Assembly: GCF_001194135.2 (NCBI RefSeq)
Contig: NC_068997.1
Span: 27,576,455-27,640,375, forward strand
DNA length: 63,921 bases
Origin: Octopus bimaculoides
Taxonomy: Eukaryota
Reading direction: 5' to 3'
The notes under the pieces were generated by a model. That model was given only the letters and a program-made list of their open reading frames with translations, was not told the origin of the DNA and ran no database searches. Each line of letters begins with the position of its first letter. Within the stretch, counting starts at the first letter, position 1. The position numbers were made by a program, and so were the translations under genes. Below are positions 1-11,269 of this stretch, piece by piece.

Positions 1-78
1 TTGTCAGTAAATCATAAATCTGAAAGAGAAGCATACACACACACACACACACACTCTCTCTCTCTCTTTCTCTCTGTC

Positions 79-135
<57 letters not shown>

Positions 136-874
136 TGTCTTTGAGAAAGAAATAAAACGAAAACGAAAACTAAATCTTAATTGTTGTAAAGTCGGTATTT
201 TTCTGCATTTTTGTTGTTTCTTTTTCTACATTTGTTTTAAGACGTGCTAGGCCAGACATTGTTAGTGGTGAAACATTGTTTAAGCATCATATTTATTCAC
301 TAAAATTTACAAAAGCACATAGAATCAATACCAACATTTCTGGTGACATTTCTCTCTCGCTCTCTCTTTCTCTCTGTTTATGTGTGTGTGTATGTGTATG
401 TGTGTATATATATGTACATACATACATACACATACGTATATATATTTACACATATATATTCATATATATAAATACACACACACACATATATAATATGCAT
501 ATATGTGTGTGTGTATGTATGTGAGTGTCTGCGTGTGTTGTAGAATTGTTTGGTTTGAGTAACAAGACAGTGGTAGTAAGGAGGAGACTGTTTTTGTTAT
601 CGAATTCTTAAAATTTTATTTTATTTATTTACTATTTTTTTTTCGTTTCCACTTTTCGCCTTCATATATTTCACATATTTCATGAATATTTGTCCACTGT
701 CGACCCTGGCCGGCATAACTTCTCTGTTCAGTGAGAATTTGCGGCCATACAGACAATGGTGACCAAGCCCCCACCTCTTCATATTTCTCAATACATATTA
801 AACATTTTGGGGGCGTCCGGTAGGGATGGGTGGGAGATGACGTGATGACCAAGACGATAGGATATTAGGAGGAT

Positions 875-1256
875 TGTTGGCACTCCGTCGCTTACGACGT
901 CGAGGGTTCCAGTCGATCCGATCAACGGAACAGCCTGCTCGTGAAATTAACGTGCAAGTGGCTGAGCACTCCACAGACACGTGTACCCTTAACGTAGTTC
1001 TCGGGGATATTCAGCGTGACACAGTGTGACAAGGCTGACCCTTTGAATTACAGGCCCAACAGAAACAGGAAGTAAGAGTGAGAGAAAGTTGTGGTAGAAG
1101 AGTACAGAAGAGTTCGCCACCATCTCCTGCCGGAGCCTCGTGAAGCTTTAGGTGTTTTCGCTCAATAAACACTCACAACGTCCGGTCTGGAAATCGAAAC
1201 CGCGATCCTATGACCGCGAGTCCGCTGCCCTAACCACTGAGCCATTGCGCCTCCAC
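875..1256 (-). mobile_element. tRNA-derived SINE (family C)
   Basis: Head GGAGGCGCAATGGCTCAGTGGTTAGGGCAGCGGACTCGCGGTCATAGGATCGCGGTTTCGATTTCC has A-box and B-box-like motifs but no acceptor-stem closure, and continues into a ~300-bp non-tRNA body. Confidence 0.75.
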
Positions 1257-1412
1257 ATTAGGAGGATACAGATATCTATTTGTTCCTGGTTTTTGAGTTC
1301 AAAATTATGAACCAATGAACTCCCATGTGCGCAATACAACCCGATCGGTTAGAAACAGATGTCATATCTTCTTCAAATCAGATCCTCACTCTTTAGAAAA
1401 CAAGTGCACATA

Positions 1413-1591
1413 GGCGTGACTGAGGGGTAAGAAGCTTGCCTCGCAGCCACATGGTTCCGGGTTCAGTCTCACTGCTTGGGCAAGCGTCTTCTGCTATAGC
1501 CTCGAGCCTTGTGAGTGGATTTGGTAGACGGAAACTGAAAGAAGCCCGTCGTTTATATACATACATACATGTATATACATGTATGTGTGTA

Positions 1592-1627
<36 letters not shown>

Positions 1628-1740
1628 TGTCACCTACTGCCGCTTGAGAACTGGTGTTGGTGTGTTTGCGTCCCCGTAACATAGCAGTTCGGCAAAAGAG
1701 ACCAATAGAATAAGTACCCGGCTTTAAAAAAAAGTACTGT
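1413..1740 (+). mobile_element. tRNA-derived SINE (family A head, internal (TG)n, tail type 1)
   Basis: Head ...GGTAAGAAGCTTGCCTCGCAGCCACATGGTTCCGGGTTCAGTC...GGGCAAG...CTATAGC...GTGAGTGGATTTGGTAGACGGAAACTGAAAGAAGCCCGTC recurs at 18245, 41275 and 61305. Confidence 0.75.
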
Positions 1741-2084
1741 TGCCGATTCATTCACCGAGGTCGACTTTGCTCTTCATCCCTGGGGTTCGATGTAATCGAC
1801 TTAAACCCTTCCCTGAAATTGCTGACCTTGTACCAAAACGTGAAACTAATATTTAGAATGTGGTATCACAATGTGGGTTGTCGACGGACAAATGTCTGGA
1901 TCATGGTTATGTAGTGATGACATTGACCAAGTCCCCGCAAAAGTTATTCTGAAAGAAACCCTAAGGCTCTTTCTTTTTTGTAGAAACACGTATTTACCAG
2001 AACGGATCCTTTCACAAACCCATCTATCCATCTCTTCCGACCACTGTTCCAGGGAGGGTCGCGGAGGAAGAGTCCTCAGGCACC

Positions 2085-2460
2085 TCCTCTATAGGATCCT
2101 ATCAAAAGCAACAGACATTGGGCCTTCCAGCTGGATTCTCAAGTGCGCCTGATTGAAACTATGAATATCATCCAGCCGTCTTATTTTTTGGTCTACCCAG
2201 GGGTCCTCGGTCGGCTTGAAGAATGTCTTGCCACCTTTTTCTGTAACATTCTGATCACATGCTAGTTGTGCTGGAGCTGTCCTCATAATGCAAAATAGCG
2301 GTTCAACCTGGAGAGACTCCCTGATATCCGAATACGCATCCTGTCGAGTAATGTTTCTTCAGAGATTCTTCGAAGGAGCCCATTTCGGGCACAAATGATA
2401 ATTCCAAGTCTTGACGAAAAATAACATCGTTCCCAGAAAACCTATAAAACATTTTGAATT
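2085..2460 (-). mobile_element. 3' relic of a non-LTR retrotransposon (RTE-like)
   Basis: Across frameshifts, reads ...PLGRPK/IRRLDDIH...AFDRIL*R, resembling the GxRPxGRPKxRWxDxI...AxDRxxWR C-terminal motif of RTE-type ORF2. Confidence 0.5.
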
Positions 2461-2477
2461 TCAATTTAGGTATAAAA

Positions 2478-2755
2478 AGGACTCTGCTATAAGGACTCGA
2501 GAGCAACGACTCTGCTATAAGGGCTCAACGGTAAGGACTCTAGAGTAAGGGCTCTACTGAAAGGTCTCTGCATTAGGGGCTCGACAGTAAAGACTAAGTG
2601 TCAGAGGGTAAGAGCAAGACTCTTGTGAAAGGTCTTGATTGTAAGGATTTAACCGAAAGACTATCATACAATTTCCACCATAGGGGTTTTAACGTAAGAG
2701 CTCCACCGTAAGGACTCGGCTTTAGGAGCTCCATTGTAAGGGAACATCACCAGTT
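2478..2755. repeat. Degenerate ~14-bp minisatellite (AAGGACTCTGCTAT-like)
   Basis: AAGG(A/G)CTC recurs about every 14 bp. Confidence 0.7.
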
Positions 2756-3397
2756 TGAAGATCAATTTCTTTCTGTTTGGTTGTTTTTGATGTTGTTGTT
2801 GGTGATCTTGTTACTCAAGACTACATTATCTGTTGTATGCTTTTCCTAAGACAAAAGCCTGAGCTTTAAGGGAAGTTCGACTACTATTTCTGGTAGGTGG
2901 AACAACCGCACAGAAGCTCTGTTGTTGGCTGATAGTAGTGTAGACGATGGTGATGATGAAGTTGATAGGTATAACAGTGACGATGATGGCAGTGATGATG
3001 TCGATGATGCTGATAGGGACGATAGTGTAATGATGTGGTGACGACGGTAATGATGCTAGTCATGTAATGATGAGGATGATGTTAACGATGATGATGAGGA
3101 GGAGGAGGAGAGGGAGGAAGAGAAGGAGGTCAACAATGGTGGTGATTGTGATGATTTCAATGAAGCTGATATTGCATTGACCATTCGTGGTGTTGATCAA
3201 TATAATTGATCAATATAATCGATAACCGTTTTAATAGTGATAGGAATATAACTATAAAGCACGAACGTCTTTCACCACACCTGCATTTCATTTACTCCTT
3301 CGATAAGTTTCTCCGCCAACCCTTAAATCAATATGTATGTATGTATGGATGGATGGATGTTATGTGTGTGTGTGTATCTTTTATTTTTTTTATTTGT

Positions 3398-3585
3398 TTC
3401 AGTCATTTGACTGCGGTTATGCTGAAACCCCACCTTCAACGGTTTTAGTCGAACAAATCGACCCCAGGACTGATTTTTAAAACATTAGGACTTATTCTAT
3501 CGGTCTTTTTTGCCGAACCACTAAGTTACGGTGACGTAAACACACCAACATTTGTTGTCAAGCGATGGTAGGAGACAAACACAGA
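3398..3585 (-). mobile_element. Family A SINE 3' part (tail type 1)
   Basis: Reverse complement matches 1630-1730 (GTGTTTACGTCACCGTAACTTAGTGGTTCGGCAAAAAAGACCGATAGAATAAGT). Confidence 0.65.
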
Positions 3586-3634
3586 CACACACATAAATAT
3601 ATACTTATACATACGTACATAAGTACATACATAC

Positions 3635-3765
3635 TTTGACCCCCAGTACTCAACCAGTACTTGTAAAGTACTCAGCTGGTACTTGTTTTATCGATCCCGA
3701 AAGGGATGAAAGGCAAAGTCAACATCGGCGGAATTTGAACCTAGAACGTAAAGACGGATGAGTAG
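3635..3765 (-). mobile_element. Family B SINE fragment
   Basis: GATCCCGAAAGGGATGAAAGGCAAAGTCAACATCGGCGGAATTTGAAC is the reverse complement of the family B core seen at 24880-24930. Confidence 0.7.
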
Positions 3766-3776
3766 ATAGAGCGATC

Positions 3777-3828
<52 letters not shown>

Positions 3829-4488
3829 TTGATATGAACATGAAAATGCAAATAAACGATTTTTATTTCTCTGCGTGTTTTCGTTTCGTTGTGTTTTCAG
3901 GGGAGGAATCAGGCAGAAAAGGAAATGCTTTGGATTAAAGTCAAGTAAAATATTACCTTAGCGCATACATCTACATCATCATCATCATCACTACCACCAT
4001 CACCACCACCGTCATCCTCATTTTGAGTCTGCCTTCCCTTTTGGCATGATTATCTTTCGTAGTCAATAGTTTATATATAGCATGCAAATACTCACACACG
4101 CCAAACAAATGAAACATTTCAACAGAAACGTACATAGAATCAATAGGTTTATATATAGCATGCACATGCAGTATGCGCGCGCGCGGCTCTGAGTATACCT
4201 AAATATATATGCTTGTATAGACGTATACATACATACATACATATATAAACAGAAAGCTACACACACGCACACGTGTATATATGTGTGCATGTATGTCGAA
4301 GTATATATATATATGTAATGATTTCCAACAGAGCAGCAAATGACGGCACGTCTCTGCCTGTCTTGTTAAAATTATTATTGACGTTCATATTCATGCTCAC
4401 GCTTGTTTTGTTTGTTTTTAATTGCTTTGTCTTTTCGTGTTCTTCCCTCTATTTATGTTGATCCACCCCCATCCCACTGTAGTCCTTG

Positions 4489-4548
4489 CTAATTTCGAGG
4501 TCTTCCACTGTCTGTTATGGGATTCAGGGGTTTAATTGTTTCGACAGT
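4489..4548 (-). CDS. Candidate terminal exon of an unidentified neighbouring gene (TVETIKPLNPITDSGRPRN*)
   Basis: Acceptor tatttttaacAG| at 4550-4549, 19 open codons then TAG (4491-4489), followed by UTR-like sequence. No partner exon identified. Confidence 0.3.
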   Translation of the reverse strand, partial: TVETIKPLNPITDSGRPRN

Positions 4549-4861
4549 CTGTTAAAAATATACATCAATTTTAGTTTCATATATAACAAATAAACATGTA
4601 CACTTTTTAAAACATCATCATTTTATAAGATTTTGCTGGCAAATTTTTTAATTAACAAAAACATTTATTTACATGAAAGAAAATTACCGGAGAACTTTCA
4701 TCTAATTCTTCCAAATCTTTCTATTAAACTGTATTGAAACCATTTGTGGGGAACTTTTTTGTCACAGCAACTGGTCACACATCACAAGGTTTGACGGAAT
4801 GATTATGCTAAGGTTTATAAGGACCTTAGTTTTAACTGGATCTGGATCAAAAGTTTTAGTT

Positions 4862-5206
4862 TATAGGAAAGTGGGTTATACATAATTAGATGTATACCTG
4901 ACTTTCCTATATAAAATTAAGAAATTAACGGAACGCTGAACTCCAGACTATCAACACTAACAACATTTATTCAAGGTGGTATATATACATCATTAGATCT
5001 TGTTCGTTGAGACGTCTTCTGTGTGTGTGAGCATGGTTGTTGGGACGTTGATATGTAGATGTGAGCGAGCTGTCTAGCGTAAGTTCGAAAGATGGAGAGA
5101 GACAGCTAAACACGTCCTTGCTCAATTGCTGGCCAGCAAGAAAGAGACAGAATGAAGTGGGAAAGCTTGGTTGTTGAATTCCACGCATGCGCACGGCGTT
5201 ACTACA
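4862..5206 (-). repeat. 3' LTR
   Basis: 345-bp repeat starting TGTAGTAACG on the minus strand, preceded by the PPT and followed by the TSD. Confidence 0.8.
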
Positions 5207-6502
5207 GGGCTCCCCTTGCCAGTGTGGAACGCACGATAATATATATTTTTTTGTTGGAACGCCTGAGGCAGGATGGCCACTGAAAACCACCCACAAGATG
5301 TAGCACAAACACACACAAAGAAAAATGAAAGAAATGAAATGTACACTNNNNNNNNNNNNNNNNNNNNNNNNNNNNNNNNNNNNNNNNNNNNNNNNNNNNN
5401 NNNNNNNNNNNNNNNNNNNNNNNNNNNNNNNNNNNNNNNNNNNNNNNNNNNNNNNNNNNNNNNNNNNNNNNNNNNNNNNNNNNNNNNNNNNNNNNNNNNN
5501 NNNNNNNNNNNNNNNNNNNNNNNNNNNNNNNNNNNNNNNNNNNNNNNNNNNNNNNNNNNNNNNNNNNNNNNNNNNNNNNNNNNNNNNNNNNNNNNNNNNN
5601 NNNNNNNNNNNNNNNNNNNNNNNNNNNNNNNNNNNNNNNNNNNNNNNNNNNNNNNNNNNNNNNNNNNNNNNNNNNNNNNNNNNNNNNNNNNNNNNNNNNN
5701 NNNNNNNNNNNNNNNNNNNNNNNNNNNNNNNNNNNNNNNNNNNNNNNNNNNNNNNNNNNNNNNNNNNNNNNNNNNNNNNNNNNNNNNNNNNNNNNNNNNN
5801 NNNNNNNNNNNNNNNNNNNNNNNNNNNNNNNNNNNNNNNNNNNNNNNNNNNNNNNNNNNNNNNNNNNNNNNNNNNNNNNNNNNNNNNNNNNNNNNNNNNN
5901 NNNNNNNNNNNNNNNNNNNNNNNNNNNNNNNNNNNNNNNNNNNNNNNNNNNNNNNNNNNNNNNNNNNNNNNNNNNNNNNNNNNNNNNNNNNNNNNNNNNN
6001 NNNNNNNNNNNNNNNNNNNNNNNNNNNNNNNNNNNNNNNNNNNNNNNNNNNNNNNNNNNNNNNNNNNNNNNNNNNNNNNNNNNNNNNNNNNNNNNNNNNN
6101 NNNNNNNNNNNAGAGTGTGAATGCGACATATAAGAACATAATAAAAGACAGGCCGTCTATATGTATGTGAGATATCACAGCAGATAGAAAGTCAGTACAC
6201 GTGAGAGTTTTATACCAAGTTCTTGAGTACACAATTGGAAGTATCGCAGGCTGTAATTCTTGTCTGTTTATTATCGTGGTGAAGCTAAGTCACCTAACAG
6301 AATCGAAGAGAGAGATTTGCCGCGGTGGTTTAGTTTGGTGTACATAGTAAGTCGTGTTGACTATGGTTGGAGATGTTGGTGGTCATCGTTGCTTGGTAGT
6401 TCAGTCTCCATGGCCGCATTTGTTCTTTAGTCGGGTTCACCAGTTATAGGTTGGTAGTCCAGAATCCATGCTGCGTTTGTTTCTTCGTCGGGGTCACCAC
6501 TT

Positions 6503-6908
6503 TATAGGAAAGTTGGTTATACATTAGATGTATACCTGACTTTCTTATATAAAATTAAGAATATAACGGAACGCTGAACTCCAGACTATCAACACAAACA
6601 ACATTTATTTAAGGTGGAATATATATCATTAGCTTTTGTTCGTTGAGACGTCTTCTGTGTGTGTGAGCATGGTTGTTGGGACGTTGGTATGTAGATGTGA
6701 GCGAGCTGTCTAGCGTAAGTTCGAAAGATGGAGAGAGACAGCTAAACACGTCCTGGCTCAATTGCTGGCCANNNNNNNNNNAGAGAGACAGCTAAACACG
6801 TCCTGGCTCAATTGCTGGCCAGCAAGAAAGAGACAGAATGAAGCGGGAAAGCTTGGTTGTTGAATTCCACGCATGCGTGAGACTACGCATGCGCACGGCG
6901 TTACTACA
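6503..6908 (-). repeat. 5' LTR (includes a 10-N gap with a ~40-bp overlap duplication and a 16-bp insertion)
   Basis: Homologous to 4862-5206 and immediately followed by the PBS on the minus strand. Confidence 0.8.
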
Positions 6909-7087
6909 AGTTTGTTATTGGGGTCTGTTAATCAGAAATTTGACGGTTAACTGGATTTATTGGGTTATGCATTAGCTAGTTATTAGGTTATTGTGGATTT
7001 GTGACATATGTGTGTATGCGTGTGTGAATGTGTGTATGAATGCGTGTGTGAATGTGTGCGTGCGTGTACGTGTGTGTGTGTGTGTGT

Positions 7088-7166
7088 AACAGACGAATGG
7101 TATTTAAGTTTGCGACAATTGGTTCGTTGAAAATTTATTTGATTCAGTTGTAACAGATTGCATCAA
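7088..7166. repeat. ~78-bp local duplication (second copy 7799-7876)
   Basis: ACAGACGAATGG(T/C)ATTTAAGTTTGCGACA...GTTGAAAATTTATT...TGTAACAGATTGCATCA occurs twice, each time after a (TG)n tract. Confidence 0.8.
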
Positions 7167-7744
7167 TTTCGACGATAAATCTTGGTCAGTCATTTTCTTC
7201 AAGATATATCAAGAATATGATTGCAGTCAGCGACCGTTGAAATATCTTAATTTTAATCTCGTGTTTGAACATTATTAGAGACAACTAATGAAACGAGTTA
7301 GCACCTGAATATCACAAATATAACAGCCAAGAATTTGTTATGGTTCGAAGCGATTTATTTAAAATATGCATACTTTTTCTGATGATATAGACATTGCTGC
7401 ATTTCGTTCTTGGGTACATGAAACAGAATTCATCAATAATATTTGAATCTTGTCCATTTTGCTTTAGGTCACTATTTTCGTAAATATATTATTTAAAAAA
7501 AAATCTGTAGCCATTTTTTAAGTTGAGGTGCAAATGTGTTGATCTTCATCATTTATGACTTTAGATATGTTTTTGAAGATCTTTTTTTTTTTCTTTTTAG
7601 TGGAAGATGCGAAATTGTAACGTAAAAAGTGAATTTGTTTTTCCTTCTTTTCTTTTATCAATAAATTATATTAGGAAGGTGTAAAGTGATAGTATCTTTC
7701 GCTGCTGAGAGTAGTACACTAACTCATAAGTGTGTATGAAAATA

Positions 7745-7779
<35 letters not shown>

Positions 7780-8059
7780 TTGTGTGTGTGTGTGTATGAC
7801 AGACGAATGGCATTTAAGTTTGCGACACTTGGTCCGTTGAAAATTTATTCGATTCAATTGTAACAGATTGCATCATATTACATAATTATTATTTCGCTAC
7901 TAGCAAAAGCTAGTCGGCGAAGTTATGGTTGACTAAGTTTGTGTAATGCCGGAAGAGGAGGCATTTATGTGATATGATATAATCTGCTACGACTGCATTT
8001 TAAACGTTCGGACAGTGTAATGACACTCGTTCAAAACATTATCAGTGGTAATCTCGGAA

Positions 8060-8800
8060 AATTAATGAGGGCTATTATTACTAAAGAAGTTCAGGTGTCT
8101 GAGTGATCTCTCAAACCTGCGGTGCACGGGGATATTCGATACAAGTCGTACGTCCCGAGGAGAGACCAATTCATGCCTGCAAAGGTACCGTGCCAAGCAG
8201 TTACTTAAGAAAGCTAAAATCTCACACGAACATAGCATACTTTGGTTCATCTCAGGAAAGAAAAACTCCGACCACGATCAAAAGTTTGACGGGAGAAATG
8301 ACAGATGGTTATGTACGGGTCTTACTGACTTCTCCAGAGTGATTGCGATGGCTTATAGGAGTAGTGAGTAACGAAGGTCATGGCATTCCTGATCACATCT
8401 TTCCATAGGGTCTTACAATTAATGCTGCTGGATACGTTGAGGTGCTGAAGACCGTTGTTAAGCCCTGAATAGATGAAGTACACAGTAGAGGCCATGTGTC
8501 ATTCAACAAGTCTCAGCACTTCTCACAAAGCCCGTAACTCAAGAATGAATGTCAGACAATCTTTACAATCATGAAACACCAAACGTGTGGCCTCCAAACT
8601 CATCAGGTTTAAATTTCATGGGTTATTGTTGAAAGGGAGACTAATCGACATCTTCCTAGCTTCACTGAAAGCAACCATTGGCCAGGTGATATCCAATATT
8701 GATAAGGAACATTTAGTGCAGGTATGGTAGGCATGTCAACGATTCCAGTTCTGCATTGAAGCAGTCATCGTAGCTGAAGGCGGATGCATAGAATTATCTT
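8060..8800 (+). mobile_element. Older, more diverged DD37D-type Tc1/mariner transposase relic
   Basis: Broken frames give VHGDIRYKSYV..., VVSNEGH..HIFP.GLTINAAGYVEVLKTVVKP.IDEV..., MSDNLYNHETPNVWPPNS, colinear with the 51-53 kb copies. Confidence 0.7.
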
Positions 8801-10497
8801 ACAAGAAAGCTTATCGAGAACATGTGTAGATATTTTTTATTAAAATACATTTGACTTTTGCTAGATTAGAGAAGTTTTAACTTATCAAATGTCTTCAAAT
8901 AACTTTCACACTATGTATGTATGTGTATATGTAAAGGAGAGATTAATTCAGTAAAGTCAGCAGCCATCCAATAGCTGGTAGTGAGAAACACTCTAGTCTT
9001 TGCTTATCATCTCTCTTGGAGAGGGAAATTCCGAAATAACACCTGCTTCATTGCAAAACTCGAGATCTTGCTATTGCCTAGTTGATATTTTGATGTCTTC
9101 CACAGAAATGTGACATAATATACATTTTCGGTTGCATCTAAGAGTTTCAGTGTCTCTTTTGTTTATCAGGTATTTTGTAGCAATCTCGTTCTTTGATTGA
9201 AAATGCATAGCCTTCGAAGACTGATGCGATGTAGCTGTCACCAGTTCAAGCCAAGCAGAACTTCATGTCAATATTATTGCCATCTTAATGTCTTGGAAAA
9301 ACATACACATGAATAGTCTACTTTTTTGGTATGCTGAGGGTTTCACATCCAGGTCTTCTTTGAGTTATGTATGTATAGATATATGTATATATGCATGTAT
9401 GTATATATGTATGTGTACACAGATAGACAGGCAGCTAGATAGATAGATTTTACATATATTCAGACATAAATGCACACATACACAGATAATTAGCGACCAA
9501 CTACTCAGACGAACATTTGTCTTATTTGAATGAATCTTTGCAGATGTTGTCGGCATTGTCCTGTTTCAACAATCAATTATTTACAACCACCACTACTGAC
9601 ACCGCCATTACCGACAATAACCACAATCACCACCACTACTACTAACAACAACCTGGCCCCAGAATCTATAAATTTCTGGAGCTGACACACATTTCTTTCC
9701 CCCAAATGTTCAACAGGTCACGTGGCCCTTTCTACCACTCCCCCCATCCTGCTTTTGGCCTCCTTTAAAGTTTCTAATTTCCTTATAGTTTTTTGTTTCT
9801 TCTTTTTTTTCTGTTTTTAAATGTATTTATTTATTTTCATTCGCCTCCTCCCCACCCCTGCCTTCCCAATGAATGTTTCCTTGCACAAACATGCTTCCTC
9901 TGGCAGGTGACCTTCATCTTGGCCGTTTTAGCCAGCAGAGTTGGCTAAAATAGCAACAACTATTACGGAGAACAAATATACTCAATTATGTAGTTCCGGT
10001 TTGAAGAGCGGGGGAGATGGAGTGACGGGCAGAGGTGGAGAATGAAAGGCAGGTAAGCAAGATTTGTGTAATTAGGCAGGGATGGCGGTTTCATTAAGGA
10101 AGGTGGGATGTGGTAATTGTTTTACCTGGTAGTCTCTTTACGGTCTGCTGTTTTAAAAATAGACTTCCATAAACAAAATGTTAATAACTACATAGAAAAA
10201 TGTGGATTGGCCAAAATTGTTCGTGCGATATTTGTTCCGGTTCCAGTTCCAGTTCTTTGCGTTCTGTGTTCAAATCCTTCCGAAACCAATTTTGCCTTGC
10301 ATTCTTCGGGAGTCAATAAAATGAAGTAACAGTGTTACTAGGCAACGATACAATAGACTAAACCCCGCTCTACCTCAAATTTCAGGTCTTGTGTCTACGT
10401 AAGAAAGAGTTAACTATTTAAAAAGAAATCAGTAAATGACCTTTCTGTCGAGAGAAGTTGTGGAGAACTAGTCCCAGGGCAGTTCGTATAATTTCCA

Positions 10498-10760
10498 TTG
10501 CTGGAATCAATTCTTTCTTGTGGTTAGGAAAGAGTTGAATTAGGATCAATGTTGGGTTCAACTTCTTGTGGTTAAAGAAAGGGATGAGCTGGAATCAGTT
10601 CCTTTTTGTGGCTAAGGAAAGAGAAGAGCTGTGATCAAGTCCTTTTTGTGGCTAAGGAAAAGGATGAGCTGGGATCAATTCCTTCTTGTGGCTAAGGAAA
10701 AGGATGAGCTGGGATCAATTCCTTCTTGTGGCTAAGGAAAAGGATGAGCTGGGATCAATG
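10498..10760. repeat. 40-bp minisatellite (GTGGCTAAGGAAAAGGATGAGCTGGGATCAATTCCTTCTT), about 6-7 units
   Basis: Exact units at 10648-10687 and 10688-10727, a partial one at 10728-10759, and increasingly degenerate units leftwards. Confidence 0.9.
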
Positions 10761-10794
10761 CTGAGATCCAAGAAGCAAGCTGTGATCAGTACTG

Positions 10795-10925
10795 CAATCA
10801 ATGCAGATGTGGAAGAGGTGAAGTCAAAAACGACGGAGGCGTTAAAAGCATCATTTTGCAAGAGTTCCAGCACTGCTTTGAACAGTGGAAAATGAGTTTG
10901 GACCGATGCGTCTAATGCAACTGTA
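10795..10925 (+). mobile_element. Mariner transposase C-terminal fragment
   Basis: DVEEVKSKTTEALK followed after a frameshift by EFQHCFEQWKMSLDRCV, typical of the mariner C-terminus (F.DVEEIK...F..CF.QWK.RL.KC). Confidence 0.55.
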
Positions 10926-11269
10926 ATAACGATGGGAGATCATGCACCATAGATGAGGGAGCTAGATAAACAGAAATTTGTTGGGTACAATAACTTTTAC
11001 AAATAACAGAATATCGAAAACAAGCCAAAATATCAAAGGCTTAAATCTTCATTTGCTTGTCAGCTATTTGCAATGAGAGGATGACAACAAAACAATAGTG
11101 ATGGTGGCTGATGGCATTAATGCAAAACATCATTGCTAGAAACAGAAGTTTTCATCATGCAATAATTCTCCTCACCAAATTATAAACGTCTATAAAGTTG
11201 ATCTGAAAGAAGAGGAAAGTGAAATACAGCTCATTTATGATAAATCAATAGTTTCTTACTTTATTCCAG

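Larger units (their letters stand above)
4862..6908 (-). mobile_element. Short LTR retroelement (TRIM-like/non-autonomous, or internal region hidden in the gap) with tRNA-Trp PBS
   Basis: Two direct repeats, 4862-5206 and 6503-6908, about 95% identical by eye, with TGTAG...CTATA ends on the minus strand. PBS TGGTGACCCCGACG (6499-6486) lies 3 nt after the 5' LTR and matches the tRNA-Trp PBS TGGTGACCCCGACGTGAT. Purine tract GGCAAGGGGAG lies just before the 3' LTR (~5210-5220). AGTT target-site duplication at 4858-4861 and 6909-6912. Confidence 0.85.

Noticed and set aside
276-524. Many short ORFs rich in YI/CV/HT/SL dipeptides throughout the window
   Set aside because: Translations of (TA)n, (TG)n, (CA)n and (TC)n microsatellites.
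1190-1256. tRNA-like sequence with A and B boxes
   Set aside because: No acceptor-stem closure, and it continues into a SINE body; it is a SINE head, not a tRNA gene.
3901-3960. Strong plus-strand acceptor (long pyrimidine tract, ttttcAG at 3900)
   Set aside because: All three frames stop within 20 codons, with no partner exon or homology; it cannot be supported.
4967-6232. Long ORFs spanning N-runs (also at 14.6-15.3, 21.8-22.5, 27.8-28.5, 29.2-30.1, 36.6-37.0 and 53.2-53.6 kb)
   Set aside because: Artefacts of translating gaps as X.
6731-6821. ~40-bp direct repeat around a 10-N gap inside the 5' LTR
   Set aside because: Absent from the 3' LTR and flanks a scaffold gap; typical unmerged contig overlap.
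10498-10760. Regular repeats resembling a CRISPR array
   Set aside because: Contiguous tandem units with no unique spacers, no cas genes, eukaryotic context.
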